A stretch of DNA of 64,000 nucleotides, from contig JAQTUX010000001.1 in the NCBI GenBank assembly GCA_028707125.1, forward strand, positions 822,528 to 886,527. Reading direction: 5' to 3'. Shown here piece by piece: positions 59,035 to 64,000 of the stretch; position 1 is the first letter of the stretch, and every line of letters begins with the position of its first letter. A program made the position numbers and the translations under genes. The DNA is from Candidatus Omnitrophota bacterium (GTDB taxonomy: Bacteria; Omnitrophota; Gorgyraeia; Gygaellales; JAQTUX01). A model generated the notes under the pieces. The model was given only the letters and a program-made list of their open reading frames with translations. It ran no database searches and was not told where the DNA came from.

Positions 59035-61817
59035 TGGACTATAAATCTACTCTGAATCTTCCCAAGACAGATTTCCCCATGAAGGCCGACCTGCCTAATC
59101 GCGAGCCGCTCCTGCTGCGGAAATGGCAGGGAGAAGATATCTATAAGCTTATCCTGCGAAAAACCGCCGCCGGGAGCAAATATATCCTTCATGACGGCCC
59201 TCCTTATGCCAACGGGAACATCCATATCGGCCACGCCCTGAATAAAACCCTCAAAGATATTATCGTAAAATACAAGGCCATGCGCGGGTTTAATTCGGCG
59301 TACGTGCCGGGATGGGACTGCCACGGCCTGCCGGTAGAGCACCAGTTATTCAAAGAGCTCAAGATCAATAAATACCAGATCGCGCAGGTTGATTTCAGAA
59401 AAAAGGCCTATGATTATGCCCTGAAATATGTGGCTATCCAGAAAGAGGAATTCAGGCGCTTGGGGATCTTTGGCGAATGGTCTCATCCTTACCTGACGCT
59501 GGATAAGGATTATGAAGAGAGCATAGTCGGCTCCTTTAACGCCCTGGTCAAGAAGGGATATGTTTACCGCGGCTTAAAGCCGGTGAACTGGTGTTATAGA
59601 TGTGAAACCGCTCTTGCCGAAGCGGAGGTAGAATATGAAAACCATACCTCGCCGTCCATATTTGTCAAATTCAAGCTGGATGAGACCGGGGATTTCGGCA
59701 AAGAAAGTTATCTGGTCATCTGGACGACGACCCCCTGGACGCTGATCGCCAATGTGGCAGTGGCGGTCCATCCTCGGTTCGTTTATCATTACGTCAAGAC
59801 CGACAAGGGAAATCTGATCATAGCCAAAGACCTCCTGCCCAACGTTTTATCGCTTTCAGGCATAGAAAAGTACGAAGTGCTTAAGGAAGTAAAAGGCAAA
59901 GACCTCGAGGGCCTGAATTACGTCCATCCTTTCGGGCTGAGAAACGGCCGTGTGGTGCTGGCGGATTATGTTTCGTCTGAAGAAGGAAGCGGTCTGGTGC
60001 ATACAGCGCCCGGCCACGGCAACGAAGATTATTTTACCGGCATCAAATATAAATTGGATATAGTCATGCCGGTTGACAGCAAAGGGAATTTTGATGCCGG
60101 CGCCGGAGAGTTCAAGGGGTTGAGCGTCCATGACGCGAACAAGCCCATATTAGAGAAGCTGCAAGGTTTGGGCGCCCTGCTTTGGTCAGGGCAGATCCAG
60201 CATTCCTATCCGCATTGCTGGCGCTGTAAGAATCCCGTGATCTTCAGGGCGACCCGGCAGTGGTTTTTAAATATTGATTTCCGGGAAGAAGGCGCTAAGG
60301 ATACCTTGCGGCAGCGGCTCCTGGAAACGATAAAGAGAGATATCGTATGGATCCCGGGGTCAGGCAAGGAGAGGATCTCCGGCATGGTAGAATTGCGCCC
60401 GGACTGGTGCCTGTCCCGACAGAGATATTGGGGCGTACCCATTCCAGCGCTGGCGTGTAATAGCTGCAAAGAAGAATTTTTAGAGCCGGCGGTAATTGAA
60501 AAATTCGCCAAATTTACAAAAGAAGAAGGAAGCGATTGCTGGTTTCAGAGAGACGTAAAGGACTTTTTACCGGCAGGCCTGAAATGCCCGCGCTGCGGCA
60601 AGGCGGATTTTTCTAAAGGCAGCGATATATTGGACGTCTGGTTTGATTCGGGGGTCAGCCATCAGGCAGTGCTGAACAAGCGCGAAGAATTAGGCGGCAG
60701 CCCCGCTGAATTATACCTGGAAGGGTCTGACCAGCATCGCGGATGGTTCCAGTCATCCTTGATCCCGTCCATGTGCATTGATGGCCATCCGCCGTTTAAG
60801 GCGGTGCTGACGCACGGCTTTGTGGTTGACGGCGAAGGAAAGAAGATGTCAAAGTCGCAGGGCAACGTTATAGCGCCTCAGGATATCATCAAGAATTACG
60901 GGGCGGACATCCTGCGGCTGTGGGTGGCGTCCAGCGATTATAACGAAGATATCCGTATTTCAAAAGAGATATTGACCCGCCTTTCAGAAGGGTATCGTAA
61001 GATCAGGAATACGGTGAGGTTTATATTGAGCAACATCTATGATTTTAACCCCGATACGGATAAGGCCGGCGAAGATGATTTAAAAAATATCGACCGGTGG
61101 ATATTACGGGAAGCGAATGTTTTATTACAGAACGCGGAGAAAGCGTATGATTCTTTTGTTTTTCATCAGGCTTATAAATTGATCTATGATTTTTGTAATC
61201 AAGACCTTTCTATGGGCTATCTGGATATGGTAAAGGGGAGGCTTTACACGACATATCCCCCTGATTCAAAAGAGAGGAGAGCGGCGCAGACGGCGATCTA
61301 TGAACTATTAAGCATTTTAGTAAGGTTAATGGCGCCGATACTGGCATTTACCGCGGAAGAGATCTGGGAGAATATGCCCAAGGAGAAAAAAGATGTTTCA
61401 GCGGTCAGCGTGCATGCTTTAGATCTCCCCCAACCTGAAAATATTGAGATAACAAAAGAAATGGCTGATTTTGATTCAGGCGTTATGCTGTGCAGGCCTT
61501 ATGTAGCGAAGGCATTAGAGGAAAAACGCGCCGCGGGCCTCATCGGCAGTTCCTTTGACGCGAAAATTAAACTGTTGACAAATAACGAAGAAAGATATAC
61601 ATTTCTATCAAGTTTAGAAGGCGACCTTTGCGAGATTTTCAAGGTTTCGCAGGTAGAGGTCAAGCGGCAGGACGATCTAGATAAGGATTTTGCCGTTGAG
61701 GTTGATAAGGCGGACGGCATAAAGTGCGAACGCTGCTGGAATTATTCGCGTCCGGCGGAAACTGAAAAGGCGGGCCCGTACATCTGCGCGAGGTGCGCGA
61801 AAGCAATGGGAGGATAA
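59034..61817 (+). CDS. ileS: Isoleucine--tRNA ligase
   Basis: HIGH motif (PYANGNIHIGH), KMSKS, C-terminal Zn finger CxxC...CxxC. Start trimmed to MDYKSTLNLPKT (TGATG overlap with mtnP). Confidence 0.95.
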   Translation: MDYKSTLNLPKTDFPMKADLPNREPLLLRKWQGEDIYKLILRKTAAGSKYILHDGPPYANGNIHIGHALNKTLKDIIVKYKAMRGFNSAYVPGWDCHGLPVEHQLFKELKINKYQIAQVDFRKKAYDYALKYVAIQKEEFRRLGIFGEWSHPYLTLDKDYEESIVGSFNALVKKGYVYRGLKPVNWCYRCETALAEAEVEYENHTSPSIFVKFKLDETGDFGKESYLVIWTTTPWTLIANVAVAVHPRFVYHYVKTDKGNLIIAKDLLPNVLSLSGIEKYEVLKEVKGKDLEGLNYVHPFGLRNGRVVLADYVSSEEGSGLVHTAPGHGNEDYFTGIKYKLDIVMPVDSKGNFDAGAGEFKGLSVHDANKPILEKLQGLGALLWSGQIQHSYPHCWRCKNPVIFRATRQWFLNIDFREEGAKDTLRQRLLETIKRDIVWIPGSGKERISGMVELRPDWCLSRQRYWGVPIPALACNSCKEEFLEPAVIEKFAKFTKEEGSDCWFQRDVKDFLPAGLKCPRCGKADFSKGSDILDVWFDSGVSHQAVLNKREELGGSPAELYLEGSDQHRGWFQSSLIPSMCIDGHPPFKAVLTHGFVVDGEGKKMSKSQGNVIAPQDIIKNYGADILRLWVASSDYNEDIRISKEILTRLSEGYRKIRNTVRFILSNIYDFNPDTDKAGEDDLKNIDRWILREANVLLQNAEKAYDSFVFHQAYKLIYDFCNQDLSMGYLDMVKGRLYTTYPPDSKERRAAQTAIYELLSILVRLMAPILAFTAEEIWENMPKEKKDVSAVSVHALDLPQPENIEITKEMADFDSGVMLCRPYVAKALEEKRAAGLIGSSFDAKIKLLTNNEERYTFLSSLEGDLCEIFKVSQVEVKRQDDLDKDFAVEVDKADGIKCERCWNYSRPAETEKAGPYICARCAKAMGG

Positions 61818-61819
61818 AA

Positions 61820-62215
61820 TTGAAGAAGAGACAGACAAAGAAACTGACAAAGAAACAATTGAATGATTTCAAGAAACTGATCATAAAGAGAAAAGAAGAG
61901 ATGCTTGACGACATAAGGCATATGTCGGAAAACACGCTGAGGAAGTCCCAAAAAGATAATTCCGGGGATATCTCGGGATACACTTACCATATGGCGGATG
62001 TTGCCACGGACACCTATGACCGCGAGTTCTCAATGGGCATCGCCTCCAATGAGAGGCAGCTGCTGTATGAAGTAGATGAGGCCCTGAAAAAGATCAAAGA
62101 CGGCACCTACGGTATCTGCGAGGATTGCGAGAAGATCATTCCCAAGACCCGCCTTAAGGCCATACCTTACGTAAAACTTTGCCTAAAGTGCCAGAAAGAA
62201 AGAGAAAAAAGATAA
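61820..62215 (+). CDS. DksA/TraR-family C4 zinc-finger protein
   Basis: CxxC...CxxC (CEDCEKII...CLKCQ) at C-terminus; TTG start 5 nt after GGAGGA RBS. Confidence 0.7.
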   Translation: MKKRQTKKLTKKQLNDFKKLIIKRKEEMLDDIRHMSENTLRKSQKDNSGDISGYTYHMADVATDTYDREFSMGIASNERQLLYEVDEALKKIKDGTYGICEDCEKIIPKTRLKAIPYVKLCLKCQKEREKR

Positions 62216-62637
62216 TCCTTTTATTATCTTTCATTTTATTACTTGACCAGGCAACGAAGTTATACTTCAGCAGCCGTTTCTCGCCAGGCGAGTCCTTACC
62301 GATAATCAAAAACATCCTGCATTTTACGCTTGTGTTTAACACAGGCGCGGCATTCGGCATATTCAAGGACCAGGCGTCTGTATTTGTGCTGATAGGGATA
62401 CTGGCGGTCTGTTTTATAATCTTTAATCTTCGGCGTGACGGCGCATCCGGGCGTTGGGCGCTGCTGCTGATCCTTGCCGGCGCCATAGGAAATCTTATAG
62501 ACAGGGCGCGCCTGGGTTACGTGATCGACTTCATTGATTTCCGCGTCTGGCCCGTATTCAATATCGCCGATTCCGCCATTACCATCGGCGCTGTCTGGCT
62601 TTTCATCAGCGCATTTTTACGAAAGCAAAAAGCGTAG
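62179..62637 (+). CDS. lspA: Lipoprotein signal peptidase II
   Basis: NTGAAFG and FNIADSAI motifs; canonical ileS-lspA linkage. Confidence 0.9.
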   Translation: MPKVPERKRKKIILLLSFILLLDQATKLYFSSRFSPGESLPIIKNILHFTLVFNTGAAFGIFKDQASVFVLIGILAVCFIIFNLRRDGASGRWALLLILAGAIGNLIDRARLGYVIDFIDFRVWPVFNIADSAITIGAVWLFISAFLRKQKA

Positions 62638-62643
62638 AACTTT

Positions 62644-63378
62644 ATGCACCCAGTCATTTGTACAATCGGGCCGTTCACAGTATACTCCTACGGCCTTATG
62701 GTGGTCGCCGGATTCCTGCTTGCCTTGTTCCTGGCGAAAAGGCAGGCGCCGAAATACGGCATAGACCCGCAGCTTCTATCTAATCTCTGTTTTCTGCTTC
62801 TTGTTTCGGGAGTGCTCGGCGCGCGGATATTTTATGTGGCGCTGCACTTTTCTTTGTTCAGGGACAACCCGTTTGAAATATTTTTGCTTAACAGGGGCGG
62901 CTTGAGCTGGTTCGGCGGCTTGTTTTTCGCTGCGGCAGGCAGCGTATTTTATTTGCGCAAAAAGAAGGCCGGTGTATTTTTGCACCTTGATTTCCTGGCG
63001 CCCTACATCGCTCTGGCTCAGGCAGTGGGAAGGATAGGGTGTTTCCTGAACGGCTGCTGTTTCGGTTATCCTTCCGATAATGGGGTGTATTTTCCGGTTC
63101 ATGGAGCGCGGCTGGTCCCTGTCCAGCTTTATTCCGCGTTGTCGCTCTTCGTCATCTTTCTGCTGCTCAGGTCTTTTCAGGGGCGTATGCTCAAGCGCGG
63201 CTCTCTATTTTCCCTGTATCTGTTGTTCGCTTCCGCCGAAAGATTTCTTAGCGAATTTCTAAGAGCGGAGGAGCGCCTGTTTTTCGCTGGCCTCAGCATA
63301 TTCCAGTGGATATGCGCAGGCATATTTCTGGCATCCCTTATCGCATTAGTCGCAATAAAACTCAATCGACAAAAATAG
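62644..63378 (+). CDS. lgt: Phosphatidylglycerol--prolipoprotein diacylglyceryl transferase
   Basis: Lgt signature G...Y...G and conserved GRIGCFLNGCCFG region. Confidence 0.9.
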   Translation: MHPVICTIGPFTVYSYGLMVVAGFLLALFLAKRQAPKYGIDPQLLSNLCFLLLVSGVLGARIFYVALHFSLFRDNPFEIFLLNRGGLSWFGGLFFAAAGSVFYLRKKKAGVFLHLDFLAPYIALAQAVGRIGCFLNGCCFGYPSDNGVYFPVHGARLVPVQLYSALSLFVIFLLLRSFQGRMLKRGSLFSLYLLFASAERFLSEFLRAEERLFFAGLSIFQWICAGIFLASLIALVAIKLNRQK

Positions 63379-63570
63379 TCCGTCATTGCGAGCCCCGCAT
63401 TTGTCTGGGCGAAGCGACCGAAGGGAGTCCCGAGCGAAGTCGAGGGGCAATCTCTTTTTGCGGCTGGATTGTCTGTGTTTCGCGGCAGCGGGGCCTGCCG
63501 CCGAGCCACCCTATCCGTGCTCATTTTCCATAACAGACGGGAGGACTGCGCGCGGATAGGGGACCTGTCT

Positions 63571-63595
63571 CGGCGTCACCCGCTGAGACAATCAG
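63571..63595 (-). repeat. Inverted copy of the 25-nt head (CTGATTGTCTCAGCGGGTGACGCCG) of the 230-bp repeats
   Basis: Exact reverse complement of 56405-56429; sits in a GC-rich hairpin-rich spacer after lgt. Confidence 0.55.
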
Positions 63596-63765
63596 AACTA
63601 CTTAACCCCTCGCCCGCAATGTAACTACCCACTTTCCTATTCAGATAGGAAACAGTTTCTTATCCGTTCCGTAGAATACATCTCCTGTTATCCTTGTTTT
63701 GCCTGCTTCTAAGTAGTATAATATGGTTCAACGTAAAATGTTAGGAGTTCAAAATAGGAGTGATA

Positions 63766-64000
63766 ATGTTTAAAAAAATATTTCTTCTGAAATTCAAAGT
63801 GGTTTTGTTATCGGTTGTATCGTTAATGGTTTTTATGTTTGTTTCAGGGTGTGCTACTATGGGTAGCGGAAGATTCATGTTGCGACAGGACTTGATAGTT
63901 AATCAGTATGATACAATAAAAGAAATCGTGATTGAGGAAGCTGCAAATAACGGCTTTAGTCATCTCGTTTCAGAAGTAAAGCCATCACAGTTTAATAATT
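63766..64000 (+). CDS. Putative lipoprotein, 5' partial (runs off window end)
   Basis: ATG after AGGAG RBS and TATAAT-containing promoter; signal peptide with lipobox-like VSGCAT. Confidence 0.45.
   Translation, partial: MFKKIFLLKFKVVLLSVVSLMVFMFVSGCATMGSGRFMLRQDLIVNQYDTIKEIVIEEAANNGFSHLVSEVKPSQFNN

Noticed and set aside
63306-63533. 75-aa ORF after lgt
   Set aside because: Inside the repeat/hairpin spacer; no RBS; repeat-derived

Overview
This window is a 64 kb bacterial chromosomal segment, about 50 percent GC, made up mostly of conserved housekeeping genes on the + strand. Recognisable gene groups include:
- an M16 peptidase, mgtE, rsfS, argS, recJ and rpmB;
- a CpaF-type ATPase overlapping a UvrD-helicase/nuclease fusion gene;
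- rpsO-pnp, ftsK, a rodZ-like gene, rimO, pgsA-pgpA, and thpR/pncC on the minus strand;
- an FMN-riboswitch-controlled rib operon in the order ribBA-ribH-nusB-PHP-ribD-ribE, then tRNA-Pro(CGG), acyP and ligA;
- xerC/D, cca and rbfA-nrnA-truB-ribF;
- a near-complete dcw cell-wall/division cluster, mraZ-rsmH-ftsL-ftsI-murE-murF-mraY-murD-ftsW-murG-(peptidase)-murC-murB-ddl-ftsQ-ftsA.

Where ftsZ would normally follow ftsA there is instead a repeat-rich, partly AT-rich accessory island of about 4.3 kb (52.3-56.65 kb). It carries:
- an IS200-like Y1 transposase gene with REP-type hairpins;
- a MITE-like inverted-repeat element;
- a tightly packed five-gene operon of unknown function (four paralogous small putative HTH proteins and a 299-aa K-rich protein with no recognisable domain);
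- tandem repeat units containing REP hairpins and a 12-bp perfect palindrome;
- a minimal-nucleotidyltransferase/HEPN toxin-antitoxin pair bracketed by two ~230-bp near-identical, highly structured direct repeats.

Housekeeping genes (yggS, proC, mtnP, ileS, dksA-like, lspA, lgt) resume after the island.

Other points:
- Two unusual heptamer-periodic palindromic intergenic elements lie between the rodZ-like gene and rimO, and between murD and ftsW.
- Coordinates of non-coding features were read by eye and may be off by 1-2 nt.
- All functional calls are from motif recognition without database searches.
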